Source: Chitinophagaceae bacterium (GTDB lineage Bacteria; Bacteroidota; Bacteroidia; Chitinophagales; Chitinophagaceae). Taken from it: DNA of 62,963 nucleotides. The stretch is taken from assembly GCA_020848815.1 (NCBI GenBank), contig JADLHL010000249.1, positions 1 through 62,963 on the forward strand, in the 5' to 3' direction. Of this stretch, positions 8,350 to 18,588 are shown in pieces. The first letter of the stretch is position 1, and every line of letters begins with the position of its first letter. A model generated the notes under the pieces. The model was not told the DNA's origin. It saw nothing but the letters and a program-made list of their open reading frames with translations, and ran no database searches. The position numbers were made by a program, and so were the translations under genes.

Positions 8350-8943
8350 TAAAAAATTCTTCAAAATCTGCTCTCCTGCTGCTGCACTTTTTTCTGTGTG
8401 AAACTGCACACCGAAAAAATTATCCTTTTGCAAAGCGGCACTAAAGGGCAATGCATAGTTACAAGCTGCAATAGTATGGCTGCTGATTTCGGCGTAGTAG
8501 CTATGCACAAAATACATGAAGGCATTTTCATCCACGCCTTTCATGATTGGAGATTGCAAATTGTACAAACTGTTCCAACCCATGTGAGGTGTTTTTATGC
8601 GCTGGCCGTCATCATCCGCCGCAGTAAATTTGCGTACCGCAATATCAAACATGCCGAGGCAATTGGTATTACCTTCTTCGCTGTGGCGGCACATCAACTG
8701 CATGCCCAAACAAATGCCTAAAAACGGTTGTGTCAATGAAAGCATTAGCTGATCCAAACCACGTTCCTGCAAATAAGGCATTGCACTATTAGCAGCACCC
8801 ACACCCGGAAAAATAACGTGACTAGATTGACGAATCAATTCATGATCATCTGTTACGGTTGCTGCTACGCCCAGTCGCTCTAAGGCAAACAATACCGAAC
8901 GGATATTGCCTGCATTGTATTTAATGATGGCTACTTGTTTCAA
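8341..8943 (-). CDS. hisH: Imidazole glycerol phosphate synthase glutaminase subunit
   Basis: PGVG, GICLGMQ, YFVHSY and QFHTEKS motifs. TTG start. Confidence 0.96.
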   Translation of the reverse strand: MKQVAIIKYNAGNIRSVLFALERLGVAATVTDDHELIRQSSHVIFPGVGAANSAMPYLQERGLDQLMLSLTQPFLGICLGMQLMCRHSEEGNTNCLGMFDIAVRKFTAADDDGQRIKTPHMGWNSLYNLQSPIMKGVDENAFMYFVHSYYAEISSHTIAACNYALPFSAALQKDNFFGVQFHTEKSAAAGEQILKNFLTL

Positions 8944-9037
8944 AGTTTACTTTTTAGTTGTGGCCTATTCAAAGAATCATTAGTCTGAACCTATCACAAA
9001 CTTAACTTTGGAACTTGTGAACATTCAAACTTGTGAA

Positions 9038-10183
9038 CTACAAAACCCCTTTAGTTGAAGGCAGAAATAACTTCGAAGCATCCCGCTTTACCGCCATTTT
9101 AATGGCCTTGGCAAAGGCTTTAAAAATACCTTCAATCTTGTGGTGTTCATTGGTACCTGTGGCACGAATAATAAGATTGCTCTTGCTGGCATCGCTGAAG
9201 GATTTAAAGAAATGGAAAAACATTTCCGTAGGCATTTCACCAATCTTCTCCCGCTTGAATTCTGCTTCCCAAACAATCCAGTTGCGGCCGCCAAAATCAA
9301 TGCTCACCTGTGCTTCGCAATCGTCCATGGGCAGGCAAAAACCATAACGCTCCATGCCTCGCTTATCTGCCAATCCCTTGGCAAAAGCTTCGCCCAAGGC
9401 TATGCCGGTATCTTCAATCGTGTGATGCTCATCAATGTGCAAATCGCCATCCACTTTCACCGTTACATCAATATTGCCGTGTCGGGCAATCTGATCGAGC
9501 ATGTGATCGAAGAAGCCCAAACCGGTGTGTACATTGGCTTTGCCGGTACCATCAAGATTAAGGTCAATCGATATTTTGGTTTCGTTGGTATTGCGCTGAT
9601 GCGATACCACCCGCAAACCCAGTTTCAAAAATTCGTAAATGCGTTTCCATGAAACGTCTTCGAGAGCAACGGTTGTTTCCCTCAACTCCGCCACGTTCAT
9701 GCTGGTATCATTCAAACCAAGATCAGGGTCTGCATTCATCCAAATGGCTTTGCAACCAAGGTTCTTGGCGAGTTGCACATCGGTGATGCGATCGCCTATC
9801 ACAAATGAATGTTCGATATCATACAATTCGGCATTCAGGTATTCTGTCAACATACCCGTTGCCGGCTTGCGGGTGGGTTTGTTTTCATGCGGAAAACTCC
9901 TGTCGATGTGTACCGCATCGAAATGAATGTTTTCATTTTCGAGGCTCTTCATCACAAAGTTTTGTACAGGCCAGAAAGTATCTTCCGGAAAAGCATCCGT
10001 ACCCAAACCATCCTGATTGGTCACCATCACCAACTTATAGTCTAACTCCTCTGCAATTTTGCGCAGATAGGTAAACATGTCTGGGTAGAAAGTGAGCTTA
10101 TCAAAACTATCCAGTTGATATGTTGGTGGCGCTTCGTTGATCAATGTACCATCCCTGTCAATAAATAATATTCGCTTAGCCAT
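9038..10183 (-). CDS. hisB: Bifunctional histidinol-phosphatase / imidazoleglycerol-phosphate dehydratase
   Basis: FIDRDGT HAD domain plus DEHHTIED and NEHHKIE motifs. Start refined to MAKRILF. Confidence 0.96.
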   Translation of the reverse strand: MAKRILFIDRDGTLINEAPPTYQLDSFDKLTFYPDMFTYLRKIAEELDYKLVMVTNQDGLGTDAFPEDTFWPVQNFVMKSLENENIHFDAVHIDRSFPHENKPTRKPATGMLTEYLNAELYDIEHSFVIGDRITDVQLAKNLGCKAIWMNADPDLGLNDTSMNVAELRETTVALEDVSWKRIYEFLKLGLRVVSHQRNTNETKISIDLNLDGTGKANVHTGLGFFDHMLDQIARHGNIDVTVKVDGDLHIDEHHTIEDTGIALGEAFAKGLADKRGMERYGFCLPMDDCEAQVSIDFGGRNWIVWEAEFKREKIGEMPTEMFFHFFKSFSDASKSNLIIRATGTNEHHKIEGIFKAFAKAIKMAVKRDASKLFLPSTKGVL

Positions 10184-11258
10184 TGTCGGTTGCTTTTTCA
10201 AATTTGAGTTGACCAATGTAACTACCCAGCGCATCTACCAGTGCTGTGTTTTCTTGTTCGGTGCCTACAGTAATGCGCAAGCCACCTTCGCACAAAGTAA
10301 CCTTGCTGCGGTTACGTACCACAATGCCTTCGTTCAGCAGGTAGTTGTACACCTCATCGGCATTTTGCATTTTCACTAGTAAAAAGTTGGCATCGCTGGG
10401 ATATATTTTTTCTACAATCGGCATTTGATTAAACACTTCTTCCAGTGCATACCGCATGTCTACAATCATCATAATCATGTCGTTTACCTGATCGGTATTC
10501 TCCAATGCCTGTAACACAATTTCTTGTGTGTGCTGCCCAATGTTGTACGGCGGTTTTACTTTGTTGATGATGTTAATGATGGCTTCACTCGCAAACATCA
10601 TTCCCAAACGCAAGCCAGCTAAACCCCATGCTTTACTAAGGGTTTGCATCACCACCAGATTGGGATACTCTGTGAGTTCTTTTAAGAAAGAACGCTGCCG
10701 CGAAAAATTGATGTAGGCTTCATCCACCACTACCAGACCGTTGAAGTTGTTGAGCACCGTTTCGATGTCTTCGCGGTTGAGGCTGTTGCCCGTAGGATTG
10801 TTGGGCGAACAAATCCAGATGATTTTAGTGTTGGCATCCGCCAGTTGTTCAATATGTGCCAGGTTGAGTTGGAAGTCATCGAGCAACGGTGCTTTACGAA
10901 CTTCAACATCGTTGATATTGGCACTCACTTCATACATGCCATAAGTAGGCGGGCAAATAATCACGTTGTCTTTGCCGGGATTGCAAAATGCCCGATACAA
11001 CAAGTCGATACACTCATCGCTGCCATTGCCCAAAAACATGTTTTGCGGCGGCACTGTTTTTATCTCACTCAACTTTTCTTTCACCTTCCACTGCAAGGGA
11101 TCGGGGTAGCGGTTGTACCACTTCATGAGCGGTGAGCCAAGGCTGTTTTCGTTGGCATCGAGATACACTTTCGCTTCGCCTTTGAATTCATCTCTTGCAG
11201 AAGAATACGGCGTCAGCTTTTTAATGTTTTCTCTTACGAGATTGTTGATATCGAACAT
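10176..11258 (-). CDS. hisC: Histidinol-phosphate aminotransferase
   Basis: GNGSDE, SPNNPTG, DEAY and [12 protein letters not shown] motifs. Confidence 0.96.
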   Translation of the reverse strand: MFDINNLVRENIKKLTPYSSARDEFKGEAKVYLDANENSLGSPLMKWYNRYPDPLQWKVKEKLSEIKTVPPQNMFLGNGSDECIDLLYRAFCNPGKDNVIICPPTYGMYEVSANINDVEVRKAPLLDDFQLNLAHIEQLADANTKIIWICSPNNPTGNSLNREDIETVLNNFNGLVVVDEAYINFSRQRSFLKELTEYPNLVVMQTLSKAWGLAGLRLGMMFASEAIINIINKVKPPYNIGQHTQEIVLQALENTDQVNDMIMMIVDMRYALEEVFNQMPIVEKIYPSDANFLLVKMQNADEVYNYLLNEGIVVRNRSKVTLCEGGLRITVGTEQENTALVDALGSYIGQLKFEKATDNG

Positions 11259-11266
11259 GATGATGA

Positions 11267-11295
11267 ACCCTCCAAACCTCCCTAAAGGGAGACTT
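11267..11295. repeat. Repeat family A, copy 5 (hisD-hisC spacer)
   Basis: ACCCTCCAAACCTCCCTAAAGGGAGACTT. Confidence 0.85.
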
Positions 11296-11372
11296 TAAAC
11301 AGTAAACAATTTTTAGTTGCTTCTTATTTTCAAATTCTTACTTCTTCGTATTTCGTACTTCAAACTTCTCAC

Positions 11373-12644
11373 TTACAATCTTACTCTCACTGCATTGGCA
11401 TGTGCTTCAAGCCCTTCAGCTTCTGCCATGGCAATAACGGTTGGCGCAATGGCTTTCAAACCCTCGGGCGTCAATTGCTGGTACGTTATCTTTTTCACGA
11501 AGCTGTCTACACTTACACCGCTGTACATGCGGGCATAACCATTGGTAGGCAGTGTGTGGTTGGTACCGCTGGCATAATCGCCCACACTCTCCGGCGACAA
11601 ATGACCAATGAAAACCGAACCTGCATTGATTACCTGCTCAGCAATAGCCGTTGCGTTGTTCATACTAATGATAAGATGTTCCGCAGCATACTCATTCACC
11701 AGTTCTAACATGTCTTCGATGTTTGCCAGCACAACAGCGGTACTGTTTTCCAATGCAGCGGCAGCCATGGCATTGCGTGGCAAACGGCTGAGTTGTGCAG
11801 CGAGTTCTTCTTGCAATGCCTGCATGTTGAAATCAGGTGTGGCTACCAGCAGCACCTGCGAATCTGCACCATGTTCGGCCTGACTCAATAAGTCTGCTGC
11901 CACGTAGGTTGGATTGGCGCTGTCATCAGCCATTACACAAACTTCGCTGGGGCCTGCCGGCATATCAATGGGAATGCCTGCTTGCTGTGCCAGCATTTTG
12001 GCGGCCGTTACATACTGATTACCGGGGCCAAATATTTTGCTGACTGCAGGAATGCTTTCTGTACCGTAGGTCATAGCGGCAACGGCTTGTGCACCGCCTG
12101 CTTTGAAGATTTGCGTAACACCCGCTACCTGTGCACTGTACAACACAGCCGGATGCACGGTGCCATCTTTTTGTGGTGGCGTACACAACACAATTTCTTT
12201 ACAACCTGCCAACTGTGCCGGCACAGCCAACATGAGCACGGTAGAAAAAAGTGGTGCTGTTCCACCGGGAACATAAATACCTACCCGTTCTATTCCCACC
12301 GACTTGCGCCAACAGCGAACACCAGGCATGGTTTCTACTACTTCGGCTGGGGCAAGTTGCTTGCTGTGAAAAAAGCGAATGTTGGCAGCGGCTTGTTCAA
12401 TAGCGGCTTTGAGCTCGTTGCTCAACATGCCAGCGGCTTGTGCTTTTTCTATGTCAGATACTGCATTGTGCTGCAGTTCCACGCCATCAAACTGTGCAGT
12501 GAAACCCAGCAATGCCGCATCGCCATCCTGCTGTACGGCTTGCATTACCGGCTGCACTCTGGCATAAATCTCTGAGAGATTCATGACGGGGCGTTTGATG
12601 AGACTGGCCCATGAAGATTTATCAGGTTGTATTAGCGTTCTCAT
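11373..12644 (-). CDS. hisD: Histidinol dehydrogenase
   Basis: YVPGG, GPGNQYV, AGPSE, QAEH and GTNHTLPT motifs. Confidence 0.97.
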   Translation of the reverse strand: MRTLIQPDKSSWASLIKRPVMNLSEIYARVQPVMQAVQQDGDAALLGFTAQFDGVELQHNAVSDIEKAQAAGMLSNELKAAIEQAAANIRFFHSKQLAPAEVVETMPGVRCWRKSVGIERVGIYVPGGTAPLFSTVLMLAVPAQLAGCKEIVLCTPPQKDGTVHPAVLYSAQVAGVTQIFKAGGAQAVAAMTYGTESIPAVSKIFGPGNQYVTAAKMLAQQAGIPIDMPAGPSEVCVMADDSANPTYVAADLLSQAEHGADSQVLLVATPDFNMQALQEELAAQLSRLPRNAMAAAALENSTAVVLANIEDMLELVNEYAAEHLIISMNNATAIAEQVINAGSVFIGHLSPESVGDYASGTNHTLPTNGYARMYSGVSVDSFVKKITYQQLTPEGLKAIAPTVIAMAEAEGLEAHANAVRVRL

Positions 12645-12660
12645 AGTTTCAATTTGTTAT

Positions 12661-12735
12661 GTCCTTTTTGTCTTGACACAAAAAGGACCAAAAAAGTCAA
12701 GGCAAACCCGAAGGCTCCGCCCGTTTTGCCGGGCC
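12661..12735. repeat. Structured intergenic element (hairpin with pseudoknot potential)
   Basis: Perfect 11-bp stem 12661-12671/12678-12688. Its loop CTTGAC is complementary to GTCAAG at 12696-12701. A second stem is GGCAAA/TTTGCC. Confidence 0.55.
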
Positions 12736-12832
12736 TACTCCTCCCTCTGTGTGACTGTCTTATTCATTCATATCCTGATGAAAGTTCTTGTGGTTCCCAA
12801 ATCAGACATCACACATCAGACATCTTCAATCT

Positions 12833-13687
12833 TTAGACAATCATTTTCTCAATCGGTATCACCAGTATGCCTTGTGCACCACGTTCTTTGAGTTGCTCAA
12901 TGATGTTCCAGAAATCATTTTCATTCAACACACTGTGAACGCTGCTCCAACCGCTTTCGGCCAATGGCAATACAGTGGGGCTTTTCATGCCGGGCAGCAG
13001 GGCAATGATTTCCTGCAGGCGTTCGTTGGGTGCATTCAGCAAAATGTATTTGTTGTTCTTGGCTTTTTTCACCGCCTGCATGCGAAAAACTAAGCTGCTG
13101 AGGATAGCCAGTTTTTCTTCGCTCAACTCATTGTTGCGCACCAGTACGGCTTCGCTTTTGAGAATGGTTTCTGTTTCTTTCAACCCATTCATGAACAAGG
13201 TGCTGCCGCTGCTTACCAAATCTACAATGGCGTCGCTGAGGCCAATCCCAGGGGCAATTTCTACACTGCCACTGATTTCATGAATTTCGGCATTGATGTT
13301 GTTCTCATCTAAAAACTTGCGCACCAATACGGGGTAGCTGGTGGCAATGGTTTTGCCTTGCAAATATTGAGCACCGGTGTAGTTTTCGTCTTTGCCCACA
13401 CCCACTGCCAGGCGGCATTTGCTGAAGCCAAGCTTTTCTACAACGGTCACAGATTTCTGCTTTTCGTAGAGTACGTTTTCGCCTACAATACCAATGTCGG
13501 CTACTTTGTCGGCTACGTACTGTGGAATATCATCATCGCGGAGGAAGAATACTTCGAGGGGAAAGTTTTCGGCTTCAGCTTTGAGCTTGTTCATGCCGTT
13601 GCGAACGTCGATGCCGCAATCTTTGAGGAGCTTGATGCTGTCTTCGTAGAGGCGGCCGGATTTCTGAATGGCTATTTTGAGTTTCAT
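12833..13687 (-). CDS. hisG: ATP phosphoribosyltransferase (long form)
   Basis: IAIQKSGRL, RDDDIP, GSVEIAP and DLVSSGSTL motifs, plus the C-terminal regulatory domain. Confidence 0.97.
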   Translation of the reverse strand: MKLKIAIQKSGRLYEDSIKLLKDCGIDVRNGMNKLKAEAENFPLEVFFLRDDDIPQYVADKVADIGIVGENVLYEKQKSVTVVEKLGFSKCRLAVGVGKDENYTGAQYLQGKTIATSYPVLVRKFLDENNINAEIHEISGSVEIAPGIGLSDAIVDLVSSGSTLFMNGLKETETILKSEAVLVRNNELSEEKLAILSSLVFRMQAVKKAKNNKYILLNAPNERLQEIIALLPGMKSPTVLPLAESGWSSVHSVLNENDFWNIIEQLKERGAQGILVIPIEKMIV

Positions 13688-13775
13688 ACTATGCTTTGTG
13701 TTTTTCGTTTGTCATTTTTTGTTATCGAGTCTTTTTCAATTGTCTCTAGTTCATTGTGGCGATGTAGTACAAGTG

Positions 13776-13793
13776 TCCCGATAGCTATCGGGA
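13776..13793. repeat. REP-like perfect palindrome
   Basis: TCCCGATAGCTATCGGGA, an 18-bp perfect palindrome flanked by GTG..CAC. Confidence 0.6.
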
Positions 13794-13832
13794 GACACAA
13801 CACCGCTGCCACCTGCACTGCAGCTCATCAAC

Positions 13833-13874
13833 AAAAAAACAAGAAGGGCTCACCACGTAGGTAAGCCCTTCTTG
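13833..13874 (-). terminator. his attenuator terminator
   Basis: CAAGAAGGGCT..AGCCCTTCTTG stem plus T7, between the leader peptide and hisG. Confidence 0.9.
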
Positions 13875-13911
13875 CAATGTTTTGTATGTATACGTACACA
13901 GCAGCACCGGC

Positions 13912-13965
13912 CTACCCGAGGAGGTAAGTATGATGATGATGGATATGTACGAGCTGCTTTTTCAT
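13912..13965 (-). CDS. hisL: his operon leader peptide
   Basis: MKKQLVHIHHHHTYLLG*. Five CAT His codons, lying upstream of the terminator and hisG. Confidence 0.9.
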   Translation of the reverse strand: MKKQLVHIHHHHTYLLG

Positions 13966-13973
13966 TTGCTGTG

Positions 13974-13981
13974 CAAAAATA
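13974..13981 (-). promoter_or_regulatory. his operon -7 promoter element
   Basis: TATTTTTG 8 nt upstream of the leader ATG, with TTTG further upstream. Confidence 0.7.
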
Positions 13982-14045
13982 GGCCGACATTTCAAACCGC
14001 CAAATTCGGAAACCGGTATTTTCGTTTTCCTGACGAATAACTGAC

Positions 14046-15488
14046 ATGAACAAAACCATTGATACCATAGAAACGCTGGCGGCACAAGCCTGTGGCCATG
14101 TGCCGGAACGCATTGAACTATTGCCCCAAAGTGGTAGCGACAGACGCTATTTCCGGATTTATGATGAAGGAAAAACGCTGATTGGGACGTATAACCTCAA
14201 CATTAAAGAGAACGACACTTTCATTTATTTCAGCCGGCACTTTTCGGAGAAAGGCCTGCCCGTGCCCGCTATTGTGGCGGTAAATGAAGAAGGGACAGCC
14301 TACATTCAAACCGACCTGGGCAACGACAGCCTGCTGAACAAACTGGAGGCCCACGGCTACAACGACTATGTAAAAAGCTTGTTTGCTGAAAGCCTTACCC
14401 AATTGGCCCGCCTGCAGGTGAAGGGCCATGAAGGCCTCGATTACAACCGCTGCATTACGGCGAAAGAGTTTGGCAAGCAGGCCATTTTGAGCGACCTGCT
14501 GTATTTTAAATATTACTTTCTGGATGCCCTGCAGCAACCCTACGATAAGCAGGCCATGATTGATGATTTTGATGCACTGGCTACTTATCTGACGCATACG
14601 GAATACAAGTTTTTTATGTTCCGCGATTTTCAGAGCCGCAACATCATCATCAACAACGACCAGCCCTACTTCATCGATTATCAGGGTGGTATGAAAGGTG
14701 CTCCGCAATACGATGCTGCGAGTATGATTTGGCAGGCCCGTGCCGACCTGCCCGACGACTGGAAGCAAGACCTGCTGCAGCATTACATGACCTCATTGGA
14801 AGAAGTGCTGGGCCACCCTATTGACCGTAGCATTTTTGTGGCACAGTACTATGGCTATGTGCTCATTCGCTTATTGCAAGTGTTGGGTGCGTATGGCTTC
14901 CGTGGTTTGTTTGAAAGAAAGGCGCAGTTTTTGAGCAGCATACCACAAGCATTGCGCAACCTGAAATGGTTTATCACAAACCGTCCGCTGGCGATACATG
15001 TGCCCGAGTTTAAACGCATGCTCAATCTGGTGGTAGATGATGCCGTGATTGCCCGTTTTGATCCGCCAAAGGCTGATGAAAACACGCCGCTGGTGGTGGA
15101 AGTAAACAGCTTCAGTTTTAAGAAAAATGGTTACCCGAAAGATGACAGTGATAACGGAGGCGGATTTGTGTTTGATATGCGGGGCATACTCAACCCCGGC
15201 CGTATAGACGAATACAAAACCCTGACGGGTAAAGACAAAGAAGTGATGGACTATCTGGAACAGAAAACCCGGATGCCGGAGTTTCTGAACAGTGTGTGGG
15301 ATATGGTAGACATCAGCGTGGAGGATTATTTACAACGCGGTTTTAGCAAACTGATGGTAAACTTTGGCTGCACCGGTGGCCAGCACCGCAGCGTGTATGC
15401 TGCCGAGCAAACAGCCCGCCACCTGCGCAATAAGTACAAGGTAAAAACAGTAGTGAAGCACATCAATAGTGAGAATTGGGTGAAGTAG
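14046..15488 (+). CDS. Aminoglycoside-phosphotransferase-family kinase (AmgK-like) fused to RapZ C-terminal domain
   Basis: GSDRRYFR, RDFQSRN and IDYQG kinase motifs. C-terminal SFSFK..FDMR..NP..GCTGGQHRSV RapZ-like motif. Confidence 0.85.
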   Translation: MNKTIDTIETLAAQACGHVPERIELLPQSGSDRRYFRIYDEGKTLIGTYNLNIKENDTFIYFSRHFSEKGLPVPAIVAVNEEGTAYIQTDLGNDSLLNKLEAHGYNDYVKSLFAESLTQLARLQVKGHEGLDYNRCITAKEFGKQAILSDLLYFKYYFLDALQQPYDKQAMIDDFDALATYLTHTEYKFFMFRDFQSRNIIINNDQPYFIDYQGGMKGAPQYDAASMIWQARADLPDDWKQDLLQHYMTSLEEVLGHPIDRSIFVAQYYGYVLIRLLQVLGAYGFRGLFERKAQFLSSIPQALRNLKWFITNRPLAIHVPEFKRMLNLVVDDAVIARFDPPKADENTPLVVEVNSFSFKKNGYPKDDSDNGGGFVFDMRGILNPGRIDEYKTLTGKDKEVMDYLEQKTRMPEFLNSVWDMVDISVEDYLQRGFSKLMVNFGCTGGQHRSVYAAEQTARHLRNKYKVKTVVKHINSENWVK

Positions 15489-15587
15489 AAAACCCTCACC
15501 TATTCAGTAGTTTTTAGTTGACGCGTTTACTGGTTAACTAGTAAACTCGTCAACTATTCAACCAACCAACCTACAAACCAACAACTC

Positions 15588-16304
15588 ATGATTGCCATGA
15601 TACTCGCCGCCGGCCTCGGCACAAGATTGAAACCATGGACAGATGCGCATCCGAAAGCACTGGCGGTAGTGAATGGCAAGCCGGTGCTGCAGCGCAATAT
15701 TGAATACCTGCAACAAGCGGGCATACAAAAAGTGGTAGTAAACGTTCATCATTTTGCTGATCAAATTATGGCTGCAGTGCAAGCAAACAATGGCTGGGGA
15801 TGCGAAGTGCTGATAAGCGATGAATCGGATGAAGTGCTGGAAACAGGCGGCGGTATTCGCAAAGCTGTGCCCTTGTTTGGCGATGCTACAGATGTGCTGG
15901 TGATGAATGCCGACATCCTTACCGATATGAACCTTCAGGCATTTATGCAGGCGCATGCCAGCAACAAAGCCGATGCTACACTGGCAGTGAGCAACCGTAC
16001 TTCCTCCCGTTGTTTTTTGTTTGATGCACAGCAACAACTGGTGGGCTGGCGCAATAAAAACACTGGTGAAACCAAACTTCCTGTTGCTACGGATGACCCG
16101 ATCGAAAAATCTTTCAGCGGCATCCACATCATACACGAAAGTATTTTCAGGCACATGCCATTTGAAGGCAAGTTTTCGATGGTGGATGTGTACCTACAAC
16201 TATGTGCTTCGCACCGCATACAATCATTTGACCATACTGGCAGCAAGTTTATTGATATTGGTACGATAGAAAAGCTGGCTCAAGCGGCAGAGATATTTAT
16301 TTAA
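15588..16304 (+). CDS. Sugar-phosphate nucleotidyltransferase (MurU-like)
   Basis: AMILAAGLGTRLKP..PKAL, LETGGG, NADIL and DIGT motifs. Confidence 0.88.
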   Translation: MIAMILAAGLGTRLKPWTDAHPKALAVVNGKPVLQRNIEYLQQAGIQKVVVNVHHFADQIMAAVQANNGWGCEVLISDESDEVLETGGGIRKAVPLFGDATDVLVMNADILTDMNLQAFMQAHASNKADATLAVSNRTSSRCFLFDAQQQLVGWRNKNTGETKLPVATDDPIEKSFSGIHIIHESIFRHMPFEGKFSMVDVYLQLCASHRIQSFDHTGSKFIDIGTIEKLAQAAEIFI

Positions 16305-16388
16305 CAGAAAGGGAACAAGTACTTTCATACAGTAAGGAGATATTGCAATACTGGCAACCGCATTGTTACACAAAACAAACTACTACAC

Positions 16389-17645
16389 ATGCAAACAGAA
16401 CAGGTATTAATGATATTATGCGGCGTAATTGTGATTTCGTATTTGTTTTCTATTATGAGTAGAAAACTGCGGGTGCCTTCAGTGTTGCTGCTCATGTTTT
16501 CAGGTATTATTGGCCGCTACGTAACCGATAAATATCAACTCACTGTTGAGCTTCCCCGACTGGTAGTGGAAGGACTTGGCGTGGTGGGTCTCATCATGAT
16601 TGTACTGGAAGCCGGGCTTGATTTGAAATTGACCAGAGATAAGTTGCCTTTAATACGCAAATCGTTTTTCTCTGCGAGTGTTATCTTCTTTGCTTCAGCT
16701 GCATTGATAACGGGCATATTGGTGTATTGGTTAGAAGAATCGTTGATTCAGTGCATCGTGTATGCCATCCCTATGTCCATTATCAGCTCCGCCATTGTTA
16801 TTCCGAGTTTGCATCACCTTACCAATGCCAAAAAAGAATTTCTGGTGTACGAGGCGTCGTTCTCCGACATTGTTGGCATCATCGTTTTCAACTATTTTAT
16901 TGCAGAAGAAATTCTCACCTGGGCATCGGCCGGCATATTTGTCGGGGGCATTGTTGGTTCTGTTGTTTTATCTATTGCATTTTCGGTGTTGCTGTTTCTC
17001 ATCATGACCAACACGAAACTCAACATCAAATTTTTTCTGATTATTTCATTGTTGATTTTACTGTACGCCAGTGGTAAATTATTACACCTGCCATCGTTGT
17101 TGATTATACTTGTTTTCGGCTTAATGATTAACAACTGGAATCTGGTGAAGCTGCCAGCATTTTTAGGCACTTACAGCAAAAAACAAGTACACGAAATTCA
17201 TGAGATACTCCACTCCATTACAGCCGAGCTTTCCTTTTTGGTGCGTACTTTTTTCTTCATTTTGTTTGGCTACACTATTCAAATAGAATTGGTATTTCAG
17301 GCAGATGTAGCACTCGTAGGCGGCATGATTGTGCTGGCGTTATTACTGGTAAGGTTGTTCTATTTGCGGGTATTTATGAAAGCCAATTTGTTACCCGAAT
17401 TGTTTTTCATGCCCCGTGGCCTTATCACCATCGTGTTGTTCTATAAAATTCCTGATGTATTAAAACTGAGCAGTTTCAATGAAAGTATTATTGCCTTCGT
17501 GATTTTGGCTACAAGTACACTAATGATGCTCGGTAGCATTTTTTACAAAGGAGAAAAAGAGCCCATTCAAGAGGAGCAGTTGTTTGCAGATAATTTTTCC
17601 CACGAAAGTCTGCCCACCTCAGAAACAGTGGCGAAAACAAGTTAA
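16389..17645 (+). CDS. Cation:proton antiporter family protein
   Basis: About 12 TM segments with EASFSDI and PRGLIT motifs. Confidence 0.8.
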   Translation: MQTEQVLMILCGVIVISYLFSIMSRKLRVPSVLLLMFSGIIGRYVTDKYQLTVELPRLVVEGLGVVGLIMIVLEAGLDLKLTRDKLPLIRKSFFSASVIFFASAALITGILVYWLEESLIQCIVYAIPMSIISSAIVIPSLHHLTNAKKEFLVYEASFSDIVGIIVFNYFIAEEILTWASAGIFVGGIVGSVVLSIAFSVLLFLIMTNTKLNIKFFLIISLLILLYASGKLLHLPSLLIILVFGLMINNWNLVKLPAFLGTYSKKQVHEIHEILHSITAELSFLVRTFFFILFGYTIQIELVFQADVALVGGMIVLALLLVRLFYLRVFMKANLLPELFFMPRGLITIVLFYKIPDVLKLSSFNESIIAFVILATSTLMMLGSIFYKGEKEPIQEEQLFADNFSHESLPTSETVAKTS

Positions 17646-18547
17646 AATAAGGTTGACTGCTTGGGCAGAAACTGAGGGCGTTTGCACAAAATGCCTGTTC
17701 GCAATTGCAACCGCTGTGCCATGTAATCAATCAATTCTGGCGCTCCTTCTTCTTCGGGGTGATGCATGAAAAAATACACTTCCCGTACACCGTTTTTCAC
17801 CCAGTGATGTATGCGTTCAATCCATGCATCAATGCGAGTGTAATCTGTAGAATGCAGATTGTTGCCCAAGAATCGCACCAATGCAATATCCGTGGTCAAA
17901 TGCATGTGGCATACATCGCGGCGGCCGGGGGCATCGGTTATCACCCAGCCAATGCCCTGGTGCTGCAAGAGCTGTGCTGTTTGCTGTTGAGCAGCTGGCG
18001 TGTACCAATCGGGATGGCGGAGTTCTACAAAAAAAGACAAGTGCTTGGGTAATGATGCGAGATACTCCATCAGTGGTGCCTGCATAGCCGGCGACAATCC
18101 TTCACTCACCTGCAAAAACGATGGGCCCAAATGTGGCTGCAATGCTTCGATGGATTCGAGGAACTGCTGCGTTTGCTGCGTGGCATTGGTAAACTGGCTG
18201 TAATGGCTGATGCTCTGCGGAAACTTCGGACAAAATTTGAAGGAACGGCCTTTCACTTTGGCAACCCATTTTTTTACCGTTTCGGCAGGAAAAATGCGGT
18301 AGTGCATCGCATTCATTTCAATGCTGTTGAACTGACGGATATAGGTGTCCAGTATCTCCGCATCCTTGATATTGGCCGGATAAATTTTACCCAACCAAGC
18401 ATCGCATTTCCATTGGGTACAGCCCAAATAAATAGTGGGTGCAGTGGCCGACTTCCCTTTCAGCACTTCGGCATTCATAGCAGGGTCTGGCGGCAGTTGT
18501 AGCTGCGCCATCTGTAGCAATGCGGGGTCTATTCGGCCAAACTTCAT
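17642..18547 (-). CDS. DUF72 domain protein
   Basis: FNSIEMNAMHY, FCPKFPQSISH, VELRH and YFFMH pattern. Confidence 0.85.
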   Translation of the reverse strand: MKFGRIDPALLQMAQLQLPPDPAMNAEVLKGKSATAPTIYLGCTQWKCDAWLGKIYPANIKDAEILDTYIRQFNSIEMNAMHYRIFPAETVKKWVAKVKGRSFKFCPKFPQSISHYSQFTNATQQTQQFLESIEALQPHLGPSFLQVSEGLSPAMQAPLMEYLASLPKHLSFFVELRHPDWYTPAAQQQTAQLLQHQGIGWVITDAPGRRDVCHMHLTTDIALVRFLGNNLHSTDYTRIDAWIERIHHWVKNGVREVYFFMHHPEEEGAPELIDYMAQRLQLRTGILCKRPQFLPKQSTLF

Positions 18548-18588
18548 ACAGCTAATTCGTTCTTTGTACTATCGTAACTCCACATCCG

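Noticed and set aside
7334-11295. Repeat family A as a CRISPR array
   Set aside because: Copies are irregularly spaced, in both orientations, and overlap genes. No cas genes are present.
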